DNA of 64,000 nt from Bdellovibrionota bacterium (GCA_963668355.1 OY764265.1:2240001-2304000), one strand, 5' to 3'; positions 7,789 to 17,874 are shown, numbered from the stretch's first letter. Numbers and translations: made by a program. The notes: generated by a model not told the origin, from the sequence alone.

Positions 7789-9723
7789 ATGTTGAGTGTT
7801 GAGGGCATTGCAAAGTCGTTTGGGCCGCAGGTTTTGTTTTCTCCAACGACGTTTTCCGTCGGGGAACGGGCGCGGATCGGGTTGATTGGCCCGAATGGTG
7901 CGGGAAAATCCACGTTTTTTCGAATTCTTGTCGGTGAAGAACATGCAGATGAAGGGGAAATTCGGTTTCCCAAGCATTATCGCGTGGCTTATATGCAACA
8001 AGAGTGGAGTCCCAAGCCCAAGGACACGGTTTTGGAGGCGACACTTTCTGAGTTTGGGGCCTGGGACCAAGCTCGAAAGCGGCTGGACGCTCTGGCTCAT
8101 GATCTAGAAAGCGAGGGCGGAGCCTCCGCCTACCATGAGGCCGAGACACAATTTTATGGTTTGGGTGGGTATGCGATTGAACAACGAGCCAAGGAAATCC
8201 TTGCTGGTTTGGGTTTTGAGCCCGAAGAATTTGATCAACCCGCACGAAACTTGAGTGGAGGGTGGCGGATTCGATGTCATATTGCGGGTCTTCTTCTTCA
8301 AGAAGCCGATCTTCTCTTATTGGATGAACCCACCAATCATCTGGATGTGGAGACCGTGGTTTGGCTCGAAAACTTTCTTTTGAACTACCCACACTCCGTC
8401 ATGATCATCAGTCATGACCATCGTTTAATTTCGCGGATTGCGACGGATATTCTGGAATTTGCTCCTCCGAGTCTGACCTTGTGGCCAGGGACGCTCAAAC
8501 AATATGAGTCCCAGAAAAACATTCGAATTGAACAGTTGGAAGCGGCCATTACCAATAAACAAAGAGAAATCGATCGCATGGAAGACTTTGTCCGAAAATT
8601 CCGGGCCAAAGCCACAAAAGCCAGACAGGCACAAAGCCGTTTGAAAACCTCCAATCACTATCAAGAAGAACTGGCCGAACTGAAGGCCTCGATGCCTGTG
8701 ATCTCGAAACGGCCGGCGCGGTTTTCGCTCCCTTTGCGCCAACGATTGCCGAAGGCGGTTTTGGAGGTCGAGAAGTGTGTGTTTGGGTATCACACGGAGA
8801 AGCCTCTATTTGATTTAAAGCACTTGTTGATCGAGGCCGGAAAAAAGATCGGGGTGATCGGGGTCAATGGCGTAGGAAAAACCACGTTTTTAAAAACCTG
8901 TGCGGGGGAACTTCCGCCTCTTTCCGGGAATCTGAAGCGAGGAATGGGTGTCGAAGTGGGGTACTTCGCCCAACATTGCATGGAGCAACTCCCCAGAGAG
9001 ATGTCCATTTTTGATTATTTGAGTGGGAGTACGGAGGGAAATACCATTTCCCAGCTTCGAGGGGTGGCGGCCTCTCTGGGCCTTACGGCCAATGATGTGG
9101 ACAAGCAAATTTCCGTTTTGTCTGGAGGAGAGAAAGCGCGAACGACCTTATCTCAGATTCTCCTAAGGCGTCCCGGACTACTGCTTTTAGATGAGCCGAC
9201 CAACCACTTGGATTTAGATGCTTGTGATGCCTTGGTTAAGGGGCTTTCGGACTATGAGGGAACGGTTTTGGTGGTTTCTCATAACCGAGATTTTCTGGAT
9301 GAACTGGTGGATTTCATTCTTGAAGTCCGTCCTGGAGAGGCCATTTTGCATCACGGAAACTATTCGGATTGGCATAAAAAGAGAGAAGGTGAACTGTCAC
9401 CCGCTTCTCCTAAGGATTCGACGTTGGAAAAAACCCACAAGTCGAAGGATCGTAAAGAACAGAGGCGAAGAGAAGCTGAAATCCGAAATGCGAAATCAGC
9501 AGATCGACGAAAGCTTCAAACCGAGTTCAAACAAGTCGAGAAAGACCTAGATCGATACCGAAAAGAATGCAAAGAGTTGGAAGCCAAGCTGTGCGACCCT
9601 GAGCAGATGAAAGATCCTGAATTTCCCCAATGGCTTAAACGACAGGGTTATCTCGCCTTGAGGACGGAGCACCTGGAAGAAAAATGGTTGGAATTGGCGG
9701 AGGAAATAGAAAAAACCGAATAG
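7789..9723 (+). CDS. ABC-F family ATPase
   Basis: Two ABC domains (GPNGAGKS/LSGGW/DEPTNHLD and GVNGVGKT/LSGGE/DEPTNHLD), no TM segments, coiled-coil tail. Confidence 0.93.
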   Translation: MLSVEGIAKSFGPQVLFSPTTFSVGERARIGLIGPNGAGKSTFFRILVGEEHADEGEIRFPKHYRVAYMQQEWSPKPKDTVLEATLSEFGAWDQARKRLDALAHDLESEGGASAYHEAETQFYGLGGYAIEQRAKEILAGLGFEPEEFDQPARNLSGGWRIRCHIAGLLLQEADLLLLDEPTNHLDVETVVWLENFLLNYPHSVMIISHDHRLISRIATDILEFAPPSLTLWPGTLKQYESQKNIRIEQLEAAITNKQREIDRMEDFVRKFRAKATKARQAQSRLKTSNHYQEELAELKASMPVISKRPARFSLPLRQRLPKAVLEVEKCVFGYHTEKPLFDLKHLLIEAGKKIGVIGVNGVGKTTFLKTCAGELPPLSGNLKRGMGVEVGYFAQHCMEQLPREMSIFDYLSGSTEGNTISQLRGVAASLGLTANDVDKQISVLSGGEKARTTLSQILLRRPGLLLLDEPTNHLDLDACDALVKGLSDYEGTVLVVSHNRDFLDELVDFILEVRPGEAILHHGNYSDWHKKREGELSPASPKDSTLEKTHKSKDRKEQRRREAEIRNAKSADRRKLQTEFKQVEKDLDRYRKECKELEAKLCDPEQMKDPEFPQWLKRQGYLALRTEHLEEKWLELAEEIEKTE

Positions 9724-9773
9724 TTTTCTTGATCCGGTTGACGATCCCTGGTTTGGGAAGTAACTAGTGAACA

Positions 9774-9890
9774 TCTCAATGGGGAGCCTTCTTTGGAATG
9801 GCTGAGAGGCTTGATGATGGGCGGTAAATGTGCCCATCGACTCGCGACCCTTTGAACTTGATTCGGATTATACCGACGAAAGGAATGAGA
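9774..9890 (+). promoter_or_regulatory. TPP riboswitch
   Basis: GGGGAGCC...GGCTGAGAGG...GACCCTTTGAACTTGAT-TCGG-ATTATA-CCGA-CGAAAGGAA; P1 3' strand overlaps the RBS of the thiamine pyrophosphokinase gene. Confidence 0.88.
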
Positions 9891-9892
9891 AC

Positions 9893-10531
9893 GTGTCCAT
9901 CATTACCGTAATTGCAAACGGGGAACTCCCCCCGCCGAGGGAAATTCAAACCTATATTGAGCAAAGCGATCTTGTTTTCGCTGTGGACGGCGGAGCCAAT
10001 CATTGTTTGGAGCTTGGAATTGAGCCAACTCACCTTGTCGGAGACATGGATAGCATCTCAAAGGAAGCGAAAGATAAGTTTTCGAGAACCGCAAAGATTT
10101 TCGAAGCGGATCGGGACAAAGATGAAATGGATTTGGAATTGGCGCTTCAAAAAGCCGTCGGTTCGGGAGCGAGTCGGATCCTTTTGTTTTCTTGGTCGAG
10201 TCCGGATGCCAGCTATACGTATGGAAATTTATTGATCGCTTCCCAATGTCCCGTTCCCATTATTTTGATCAACCAACGTGGATGGAACACGTTTTTAAAC
10301 GAAGACTGTGGTGGGGTTGAGGTCCACGCGGCTGATGGAACGAAGAAAGTGTCCGTGTTCCCTTTTTCACAGTCCGTATCCCTAAAGACGTTGGGTTTTA
10401 AATGGGAATTGGATTGGAAGAAAGTTTCCCCTCAAACCGTAAGTCAGAGCAACGTGCTTCGTGATGAGGTGGGTTCAATTGCGCTTTCAAAGGGCGTAGC
10501 CTGGGTTGCGGTTGAGCGCGAATTCTCTTAA
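9893..10531 (+). CDS. thiN: Thiamine pyrophosphokinase
   Basis: IANGE, AVDGGANH, VGDMDS, DKDEMDLELAL, SQSN; GTG 9893 is in frame just after the riboswitch. Confidence 0.8.
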   Translation: MSIITVIANGELPPPREIQTYIEQSDLVFAVDGGANHCLELGIEPTHLVGDMDSISKEAKDKFSRTAKIFEADRDKDEMDLELALQKAVGSGASRILLFSWSSPDASYTYGNLLIASQCPVPIILINQRGWNTFLNEDCGGVEVHAADGTKKVSVFPFSQSVSLKTLGFKWELDWKKVSPQTVSQSNVLRDEVGSIALSKGVAWVAVEREFS

Positions 10532-10545
10532 TTCTAGGGCGCCGG

Positions 10546-11934
10546 ATGACACTTCCTCCTCTTTCCTTTTTGGATAAGGCTATTTTTTTTGCTGTTTTAG
10601 GCATTACCTTTGCTTCGGTTCTTTGGGGGTACAGCCGGCGCAGCAAGGGAAATGATCAAGAAAGTTTTTTAGACCTTCTTTTGATGGGTCGAAAACTTAC
10701 ACTTCCCATGTTTGTGGCAACCCTAGTCGCAACCTGGTATGGCGGAATTTTCGGGGTGACGCAAATTGCCTTTGAGCGGGGAATTTTCAATTTCATCACT
10801 CAGGGGGTCTTTTGGTACGTCACGTATCTGATCTTTGCGTTCTTTCTGGTGGATCGCATTCGAAAAACGCAAGCCGTGACTTTACCTGATTTGGTGAGCC
10901 AAATGTATGGACCCGTTTCGGGTCGCGTGAGCGCGGTGTTCAACTTTTTTAATGTCGTGCCCATTGCCTATGCCATCGGCATGGGACTGTTCCTTCAGGC
11001 CTTTTGGGGTGGAAATTTAGAATTTTGGATTGCTGTGGGAACCGGGTGTGTTGTGTTGTACTCCATGTTTGGGGGATTTCGCGCCGTGGTTTTTTCTGAC
11101 CTTGTTCAATTCTTTGTCATGTGTCTTGGCGTGTTCCTGGTCTTTGTTTTTGCCTACCTAAATTTCGGAGGCTTGGACTTTCTCCGAAGCCATCTTCCCG
11201 AAACCCATTTTACGATTTCTGGAGGCGAATCTTGGGGAACGGTTCTCGTATGGGGCTTTCTGGCCTTGGCGACTTTGGTGGATCCCAACTTCTATCATCG
11301 GTGTTTTGCGGCCGATTCTTCTCGAACGGCCAAACGCGGCATTCTGTTATCCACCTTGATTTGGTTCTGCTTTGATATCTGCACCACCGCGGGGGGAATG
11401 TATGCCAGGGCGGTGTTTCCAGAGGCAGAGTCCGGACAAGCTTATTTGTTTTTTGCCATGAAGATTCTTCCCGATGGCCTTCGAGGGTTGGTTTTGGCCG
11501 GTATCTTTGCGACCATACTTTCAACCGTCGATTCCTATGTGTTCTTGGCGGGGACAACGTTGACGCATGATTTGTTGCCTCATGCCTGGAGAGGGAAGAA
11601 ATGGCTACATCATATGGGAATCGCCTTCGTTGGGGCGCTCGCGGTGATTTTGGCCGGACAATTTGATGGCGATATTCGAGAAGTTTGGAAAACGTTGGGA
11701 AGTTACTCGGCCGCTTGTTTGTTGCTGCCGGTGTTGTTTGGGTATTTTTTCCCGAAGAGGCTTCGAGATCGACAGTTTGTCCTTGCGTGCTTTGTGGGGG
11801 TTGTGGTGACGACCTTTTGGCGTCTTTTTCCTCGCGCGGGTTTCTGGTCGAATGTGGACGAGCTCTACGTTGGCATGTTGGCCACAGGGGCGACTCTGCT
11901 TATTTTCTTAAAAGGGAAAACGTCCGCTCATTGA
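10546..11934 (+). CDS. Sodium:solute symporter, probable thiamine or thiamine-precursor transporter
   Basis: SSS motifs (ATLVATWYGG, GGFRAVVFSDLVQ, ATILSTVDS); lies in the TPP-riboswitch unit. Confidence 0.85.
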   Translation: MTLPPLSFLDKAIFFAVLGITFASVLWGYSRRSKGNDQESFLDLLLMGRKLTLPMFVATLVATWYGGIFGVTQIAFERGIFNFITQGVFWYVTYLIFAFFLVDRIRKTQAVTLPDLVSQMYGPVSGRVSAVFNFFNVVPIAYAIGMGLFLQAFWGGNLEFWIAVGTGCVVLYSMFGGFRAVVFSDLVQFFVMCLGVFLVFVFAYLNFGGLDFLRSHLPETHFTISGGESWGTVLVWGFLALATLVDPNFYHRCFAADSSRTAKRGILLSTLIWFCFDICTTAGGMYARAVFPEAESGQAYLFFAMKILPDGLRGLVLAGIFATILSTVDSYVFLAGTTLTHDLLPHAWRGKKWLHHMGIAFVGALAVILAGQFDGDIREVWKTLGSYSAACLLLPVLFGYFFPKRLRDRQFVLACFVGVVVTTFWRLFPRAGFWSNVDELYVGMLATGATLLIFLKGKTSAH

Positions 11935-11982
11935 CACTGGAAGCCCCCTTCATTAGAAGGGCCACCGAACTGAGGGCGTTTC

Positions 11983-12561
11983 ATGGATAAAACCAAAAGA
12001 ACCATATTTATAAGAGCTTTGTGGGCGAGCTGGGCCTTGATGTTCCTTTTCCCAGGTGGGGCGCGGGCAGATCTGGAGCGAATTCATGAAGTGAGTCCTC
12101 TGGTTGTATTTTATTCAGGAGACGTTTTGCGTTCCTCGGTTTTGGGGGGATTTTCCTATACGTATCATGCCACGCGCTTGTTTTGGGTGGGCGCTGATTT
12201 TATGGGAGGCGAGCTGAATGTGGACAACGCCAACTCCGTGGGGCTGCTTTCCGGTCAAAAGTATTTGGCGGTAGATGGGGCTCTGTATTTCAACATTCCC
12301 GTACTCTTGGGCGTGACGATGAAGGGGGAGGATGGCATGAGCGCGGATCTGTATACGGCCATTGGAGCGGGGAAAATTTGGCTTGGAGATAAAGGAAAAA
12401 TATACGGATTTTTTGGGGGAGGCATGGTCCTTTACACGGGAATGAAGTGGTTGGCCTTTCGATTTGATTTAAAGGGGCTGTTCTTTAGTTTGGCCAACGG
12501 AAATGGATCGGACTTCAATTCAGATATGACGTTGAGTTTGGGTCCGAGTTTTGTATTTTGA
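11983..12561 (+). CDS. Small outer-membrane beta-barrel protein
   Basis: Signal peptide ending ARA, amphipathic strands, terminal Phe (SFVF). Confidence 0.65.
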   Translation: MDKTKRTIFIRALWASWALMFLFPGGARADLERIHEVSPLVVFYSGDVLRSSVLGGFSYTYHATRLFWVGADFMGGELNVDNANSVGLLSGQKYLAVDGALYFNIPVLLGVTMKGEDGMSADLYTAIGAGKIWLGDKGKIYGFFGGGMVLYTGMKWLAFRFDLKGLFFSLANGNGSDFNSDMTLSLGPSFVF

Positions 12562-12569
12562 GGTTTCTG

Positions 12570-13436
12570 ATGAGAATGAAAAAAGACTACAACATGACGA
12601 GCTATATCAAGATCACCATTGGCACATTGCTCATGGCGATTGGTCTGAACCTGTTTCTAGTTCCAAATAAAATTGCGGCCGGTGGGGTCGCAGGGATTGG
12701 AACCATTGTATTTCACCTATTCGGTTTGCCGGTTGGCGCCACCATGTTGGGGCTGAATGTCATTTTGTTTTTTGTGGCGTTCCGTGTGATTGGAAAAACC
12801 TTTGGCGCTCGTTCGATTTTTGCCACCGTCATTTTGTCGGTTTGCGTCGACGGTCTGGCGAATTTATTTCCTGTGGAGGCCATTACGGACGATTTGTTGA
12901 TGTCCGTGATTTTTGGAGATCTACTAACAGGGGTCGGAATGGCCATCATCTTCAATCAGCGATCATCGACAGGTGGAACCGATATTCTTGCCAAGATCTT
13001 AAATCGGTATTCGGCATTGGAAATCGGGAAATCCTTGCTTGTCATTGATTTTGTGATTGGCGCTTCCGCAGGTTTTTTGCTCCAGTCTGTGGATGTCGCG
13101 ATGTATTCCCTTCTAGCCATTTTGATCAACACGTTTGCCATTGATTTCTTTTTGGTCAGTTTTAACGTCAAAAAACAGGCCTTTATTGTGAGTTCTGCCT
13201 ACGAAAAGATCAGGTATCGAATCATTCACGAGATCAATAGAGGGGCAACACTTCTTGAAGCTGAGGGGGCTTATGAGGGGAAGAAGAGCAAGGCCATCCT
13301 CTGCGTTGTGGGTGCCCGGCAAATTCATCAGCTCTTGCAAATTGTTCGAGAGGAAGATGAAAGAGCATTTATGGCGGTCAGTAACGTGAATGAAACACGA
13401 GGAGAAGGTTTCAAAGACCTGAAAGTAGTTGATTAA
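12570..13436 (+). CDS. YitT family membrane protein
   Basis: AAGGVAGI, SSTGGTDI, RGATLLEAEGAY and C-terminal GEGF motifs. Confidence 0.9.
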   Translation: MRMKKDYNMTSYIKITIGTLLMAIGLNLFLVPNKIAAGGVAGIGTIVFHLFGLPVGATMLGLNVILFFVAFRVIGKTFGARSIFATVILSVCVDGLANLFPVEAITDDLLMSVIFGDLLTGVGMAIIFNQRSSTGGTDILAKILNRYSALEIGKSLLVIDFVIGASAGFLLQSVDVAMYSLLAILINTFAIDFFLVSFNVKKQAFIVSSAYEKIRYRIIHEINRGATLLEAEGAYEGKKSKAILCVVGARQIHQLLQIVREEDERAFMAVSNVNETRGEGFKDLKVVD

Positions 13437-13450
13437 AGGGAGAGAAAATC

Positions 13451-14029
13451 ATGAAACACTTGGTTGTTTATAGTCATCCGAATCCAAAAAGTTTTAATCA
13501 TGCGATTCTGGAAACCTTTGTGGACGAAGTCAAATCCAAAGGCGGGGAAGTTCGCGTTCGAGATTTGTATGGCATGAAATTTCAACCGATTTTAACGGGA
13601 GAGGAATTGGCGGGTTTTTCCCAGGGAAAAATTGCTGACGATCTCAAGATTGAACATGAGCATGTTTCCTGGGCAGATGCGATTACGTTTATCTTTCCCC
13701 TTTGGTGGGCGGGCATGCCGGCCATAGCAAAAGGATACATTGATCGGGTTCTTTGTGACGGGTTTGCTTATCGTTTCGGTAAAAATGGCTTGGAGCAACT
13801 TTTGGCTGACAAGAAAGTTTTCACAATCACAACACTAGGAGATTCAGAGGCCAATTATAAGGAAAAGGGCTTTTTCGAGGCCATGGACAAGCTGTTGGAT
13901 GGCATTACCTATGCCTTTGCAGGGCTTCAATCGTTGGGACATCTTTATTTTGGGCAGGTTCCACTGGTCAGTGACACCGAACGGAAAGAAATGTTGAGCA
14001 AAGTACGAGAGGTCGTGGCGAATTTTTAA
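13451..14029 (+). CDS. NAD(P)H dehydrogenase (quinone), flavodoxin-like fold
   Basis: HPNPKSFN, RDLY, FPLWWAGMPAIAKGYIDRV. Confidence 0.9.
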   Translation: MKHLVVYSHPNPKSFNHAILETFVDEVKSKGGEVRVRDLYGMKFQPILTGEELAGFSQGKIADDLKIEHEHVSWADAITFIFPLWWAGMPAIAKGYIDRVLCDGFAYRFGKNGLEQLLADKKVFTITTLGDSEANYKEKGFFEAMDKLLDGITYAFAGLQSLGHLYFGQVPLVSDTERKEMLSKVREVVANF

Positions 14030-14215
14030 AAAAAGTACTTTAGCGCCCAGTTGAGCCGGACTCGCTTAACAAAGTACATTCCGGAGAACTTCATAATTTT
14101 ACGAATTTGCTCTCGATACTTAGGTTTGTAGCAATGGGTTTGGCAGTCCTTGCATTGTTTCAACATCCTTTTGAATGTCTTTGTGTATTCGACCGGCTTT
14201 GTTTGTTTTGTTCAT
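14026..14215 (-). pseudogene. YgbA-family gene remnant (internal deletion plus frameshift)
   Basis: Frame from ATG 14215 (MNKTNKAGRIHKDIQKDVET) stops after 31 aa; another frame carries CKDCQTHCYKPKYREQIRKIMKFSG, the YgbA-type C-terminal motif. Confidence 0.65.
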
Positions 14216-15033
14216 CACAAAGCTCCAAAAGCAGGAAGTGCCTGATACTCTTCTTTGTTCGAAGGCTGAATTCGTCCGTCAATCGTGATGTAGTGTTCCA
14301 GGACGGCCAGATCTTCCCGTTTTGCCATTCGTTTCGCTTCGTTCACAATGCTCATTAAGCCTTTGCAACAAGGAACCTCCATCATAACTACATGAATTCT
14401 GGGAATGGTTCGGTTCTGAAAGATGGCCGCAAGTTTGTCGGCATAGGGTGAAGTGTGATCCAGTTTGGGGCACGCTACGACGACGCTTCGTCCTCGTAAA
14501 AAACGCCAATGAATATCCGCTGAGGCCACAGGGCCACAAGTGCTCAGGAGAACGAGTTCCTTGTCCTGAAAATAGGAAGCCATGGGGGACACGAGGTGAA
14601 GTTGGATGGGCCATTGAGCGAGTTCGGATGGAATGACTTGTTCAGGCCCTCCTTCTTGTTTTTGGGGAGGATGGGTGCGTTCAATGGTTCGGGCTTGGCT
14701 TCCAGGGCATCCGCCGTGAGGGAGAGGAGGGCTGTGTTTTTCTTGATGGGCTTTTTGAGAATTTTCCATTCTTCTTACCGCGCCTTCTCCCTGGGTGGAA
14801 TAAAGATGGGCACGAACGGCGTCTTCATCGAAGGGTTTGGCTTCGACTTGTTTGATGCTCAAAGCCCCCGTTGGACAGACTCCCACACAATCCCCAAAAC
14901 CGTCACAGAAATCCTCACGGACAACTTTGGCTTTTCCATCGATGATTTTAAGCGCTCCTTCGGCACATCCGGTGACACATTCCCCGCAGCCATCGCAAAG
15001 AGCCTCATTGATTTGGATCATATTCCTTTTCAT
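14215..15033 (-). CDS. 4Fe-4S dicluster ferredoxin-domain protein of the type often found next to hcp
   Basis: CDGCGECVTGC, CDGFGDCVGVCP, LAQWPIQLHLV, ACPKLD, MEVPCC. Confidence 0.85.
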   Translation of the reverse strand: MKRNMIQINEALCDGCGECVTGCAEGALKIIDGKAKVVREDFCDGFGDCVGVCPTGALSIKQVEAKPFDEDAVRAHLYSTQGEGAVRRMENSQKAHQEKHSPPLPHGGCPGSQARTIERTHPPQKQEGGPEQVIPSELAQWPIQLHLVSPMASYFQDKELVLLSTCGPVASADIHWRFLRGRSVVVACPKLDHTSPYADKLAAIFQNRTIPRIHVVMMEVPCCKGLMSIVNEAKRMAKREDLAVLEHYITIDGRIQPSNKEEYQALPAFGAL

Positions 15034-15065
15034 ATCCCCTATTTTGGAGAAAAGGGATGAGAATA

Positions 15066-15083
15066 CCTTGACTTAGGTCAAGG
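15066..15083. promoter_or_regulatory. FNR/HcpR-type operator
   Basis: Palindrome CCTTGAC-TTAG-GTCAAGG upstream of the 4Fe-4S gene and adjacent to a Crp/Fnr gene. Confidence 0.75.
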
Positions 15084-15087
15084 GGGC

Positions 15088-15759
15088 TCAGCGAATTTGG
15101 CTTTGAAGCTCCGTCCAATTCACAATTTCAATGGTTTTGCCTTTTTCGGAAATAAGGTCGCTCTGTTTTAACTCTCTGAGAACACGAGAAAGGGTTTCCG
15201 GTATTGTTCCCAAAAGGGCGGCCAAATCTTTCTTTGGAATGTTCAGCCTACAGACAATGGGCGTGTTTTCGGTGTCACTATTCTCGATCAAATATCGAAT
15301 CAACCGTTCCTTCGTATTTCTCAACGTCAAATCTTCAATCATGGAGACAAAGTGGCGAAGTCGTTTGGAGTAAGCGGACAGAAGTTTGAAGGCTAGGTTG
15401 GGTTGTTTCAGAATTGTTTTTCGAAACGGCTCGGTTTCTATTCGGATCATTTCGCACTTCTCAATGGCTTGAGCATGCGCAGGGTAGGTTCTTCGATCAA
15501 AAATAGCTGCCTCTGCTACAAGATGATTTTGTTTTTGGATGTGAAGAATTTGTTCTTCTCCCTTTGGAGAAAGCTTGTAAATTTTAAGACTTCCTCTGAG
15601 GATGACGAAGAACGCTTCGGCAGGTTCGCCTTCGGAAAATAGATGCTCGCCTGAAGCAAGAGTGCGCGAACGACAAAAGGAGGCTACGGTCTCGATTTCT
15701 TCTTCTTTCAAATCGCTAAAGAGAAAGGTGTTTTGTAAGGATTTGTGTACTGCGTTCAT
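15088..15759 (-). CDS. Crp/Fnr family regulator (HcpR/DNR-like, no FNR Cys cluster)
   Basis: cNMP-binding-type domain plus HTH LAALLGTIPETLSRVL. Confidence 0.9.
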   Translation of the reverse strand: MNAVHKSLQNTFLFSDLKEEEIETVASFCRSRTLASGEHLFSEGEPAEAFFVILRGSLKIYKLSPKGEEQILHIQKQNHLVAEAAIFDRRTYPAHAQAIEKCEMIRIETEPFRKTILKQPNLAFKLLSAYSKRLRHFVSMIEDLTLRNTKERLIRYLIENSDTENTPIVCRLNIPKKDLAALLGTIPETLSRVLRELKQSDLISEKGKTIEIVNWTELQSQIR

Positions 15760-15767
15760 GCCAAGTT

Positions 15768-16559
15768 TTATGAAAAGGGTCTCATAAGTTCGTAGATAAA
15801 AAGAACGACTTCAATTGCGATCAAGATGACAATGGCCCATTCCAAATAGAGGGTTCGGCGAGAATACGATTGATTCGATAGTACGGTCAGGGCCTCTTGA
15901 ACGAATCGAAGTTTGTGTTCGAGAATCCGATAGCGATCATGGAGTTCAAATTGATCCGAGATTTGGACGTAAAGGGTTTCCAGTAATGGGTCGTCCCATG
16001 TTGAATCCGGGACATCCAAAAGGTTTGTGGACCCGATGACACGTTGTTTTGTGTGGATGCAAAAGCCAATGAAACGGAAGAAATCTCGATTTCCGATTCG
16101 AGTCTTCCCAGTTTTGTGTAGCGTCGAAGAGAGCGTCCCCCATTTGTCGACCACCTCATCTACTGCTTGTTCATAGTGATCCAGCGCGGTGGATTGGGCG
16201 AGGACCAGAGCAATCAATGTGATGTTGTCGATGTTGATGTGTGGAACTGTAGCGGTCCCAAAATCCACCCCCACCAACTCACCGGTTTTGATTTGGAATT
16301 CTTCCCGGTTGGGAAGCTGGTCTTTGGGAGGGACGGTTTCCTCCAGGCGTTTGAGGATTTGTCCCTGCATGGAAGGCTCGACATTGAAAAAAACAACCGA
16401 TCCAAAATTGAAAAGAATCACATAGGCATCGTCGTCAATTTCGAAGATGAGTTCGGTTCCGGAAGCTTTTAGGCTTTTCTCAGGAAAGAGCTTGTTGACT
16501 GAGCTAAGTCGAAGACGTTCCGTAATGTGGAATGCACGAAATATTCCCTGTTGAATCAC
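15768..16559 (-). CDS. RMD1/DUF155 family protein
   Basis: FNFGSVVFFN, LAQSTALDHYE, FELHDRY, LEWAIVILIAIEV. Confidence 0.85.
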   Translation of the reverse strand: MIQQGIFRAFHITERLRLSSVNKLFPEKSLKASGTELIFEIDDDAYVILFNFGSVVFFNVEPSMQGQILKRLEETVPPKDQLPNREEFQIKTGELVGVDFGTATVPHINIDNITLIALVLAQSTALDHYEQAVDEVVDKWGTLSSTLHKTGKTRIGNRDFFRFIGFCIHTKQRVIGSTNLLDVPDSTWDDPLLETLYVQISDQFELHDRYRILEHKLRFVQEALTVLSNQSYSRRTLYLEWAIVILIAIEVVLFIYELMRPFS

Positions 16560-16615
16560 TCGCTCATTGTAAGCCTTTTAATTATGATGGAGCCAGCATA
16601 AAAGAGGAGAAGACA

Positions 16616-17065
16616 ATGGCAGGTAAACTCTTAGAGAGTGAAAATGATTTAGAAATTGTGATTCAGAGTTTAAAGAGTGTGGCTGTGATTGGGATTAAAG
16701 ACCAGAGCCAATCGAATCTTCCAGCTTTTCAGATTCCAAAAATGGTGGCAGACCGAGGTTATAATGTGATTCCAGTCAATCCAAAGCTGGAGACCTGGGA
16801 GGGAAGAAAGGCTTTTCATTCCTTTTCAAACATTTCCGTTCGAGTCGATGTCGTGAATCTCTTCCGACGTGCCGAGTTTGTCGAAGGTCATGTCGATGAG
16901 ATCCTTTCCAGCCCAAAGGAGTTTTGGCCAAAACGGGTCTGGATGCAAACGGGGATTCGAAATGAGCCGGCGGCCAACAAACTCATGCAGGCTGGTATAG
17001 ATGTGGTGATGGATAAGTGTTTGGGCGTCTATGTGTCTCGCTACGGAAAGCCTTCTGGTTCTTAA
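16616..17065 (+). CDS. CoA-binding protein (YccU-like)
   Basis: VAVIG, IPVNP, VDVVNLFRR, VWMQTGI, VVMDKC; GAGGAG RBS before ATG 16616. Confidence 0.88.
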   Translation: MAGKLLESENDLEIVIQSLKSVAVIGIKDQSQSNLPAFQIPKMVADRGYNVIPVNPKLETWEGRKAFHSFSNISVRVDVVNLFRRAEFVEGHVDEILSSPKEFWPKRVWMQTGIRNEPAANKLMQAGIDVVMDKCLGVYVSRYGKPSGS

Positions 17066-17874
17066 CTGCTAGGCGTTTCTGGGACGTCAATGAACAATTG
17101 AACTTCACCCAAAGCGACTCGAACAAACTGAAGCGAATCTCCCTGCCAATAGTCCGAATCCCTTCGGACGATGCATCTCATATACCCGGCGTACTCCGTC
17201 ATGGGGTTGATGAAATTGAGGTTGAACTCGCCTTGAAATCCCTGAAGCATTTCGGATAAATCGAATTCGAATTGGTATGGGTTTCCGGAGACTTCCGGAT
17301 CCACAAAGAAACGATTGTCATCTACCTCTTCGGTGTTGGGGTTGTCCCGAAGCAGATGATTTTCAAAGTTGGGAGAAATTTGGAGCGCCAAAATGTTCTC
17401 TCTGGTGCTTGGCGAAACAAAATCTTCCCCCTCGCAGCTTAAATCGCTTGTGAAACTGTCGAAGATCCACTCATGACAGGTTTCGGCACAGGTGGGTCGA
17501 TCCCAATCACAGAGAGGGTATTGATAGCAATCGGCTTCTTGATTCAATTCGTTACGAGTCAGGGGTTGGTTATCTAAGTTGACTTGAAGGAAGGCATAGG
17601 ATCCAGCGGCAAAAATATCCGTGTGAGTTCGCGCCTTAAAACGCAGCGTGACTTTTGCGTTGATGGGAATGTTTTTTTCAATGGTGTCCGTTATCGTAAA
17701 CGTTTGTCCTGCGTGAATGGTGACTTGTTCCACTTCTGGTGTGAGTTCGTGTTCTCCGGCTTCCCAGAGAGTGCTTTCGTTCACGTTGGAGTTTGTCTCA
17801 TCGGGTCTCCAAACGTTCTCGCCGCATCCAGTAAAAAGACTCACCAAAAGAATCATTGTTCCCAGCTTCATCAT
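17062..17874 (-). CDS. Hypothetical lipoprotein
   Basis: Lipobox FTGC; acidic, with a Cys cluster; no family recognised. Confidence 0.7.
   Translation of the reverse strand: MMKLGTMILLVSLFTGCGENVWRPDETNSNVNESTLWEAGEHELTPEVEQVTIHAGQTFTITDTIEKNIPINAKVTLRFKARTHTDIFAAGSYAFLQVNLDNQPLTRNELNQEADCYQYPLCDWDRPTCAETCHEWIFDSFTSDLSCEGEDFVSPSTRENILALQISPNFENHLLRDNPNTEEVDDNRFFVDPEVSGNPYQFEFDLSEMLQGFQGEFNLNFINPMTEYAGYMRCIVRRDSDYWQGDSLQFVRVALGEVQLFIDVPETPSS

Noticed and set aside
9830..9892. N-terminal extension of thiN in the ORF track
   Set aside because: Lies within the TPP aptamer; the family-like sequence starts at GTG 9893.
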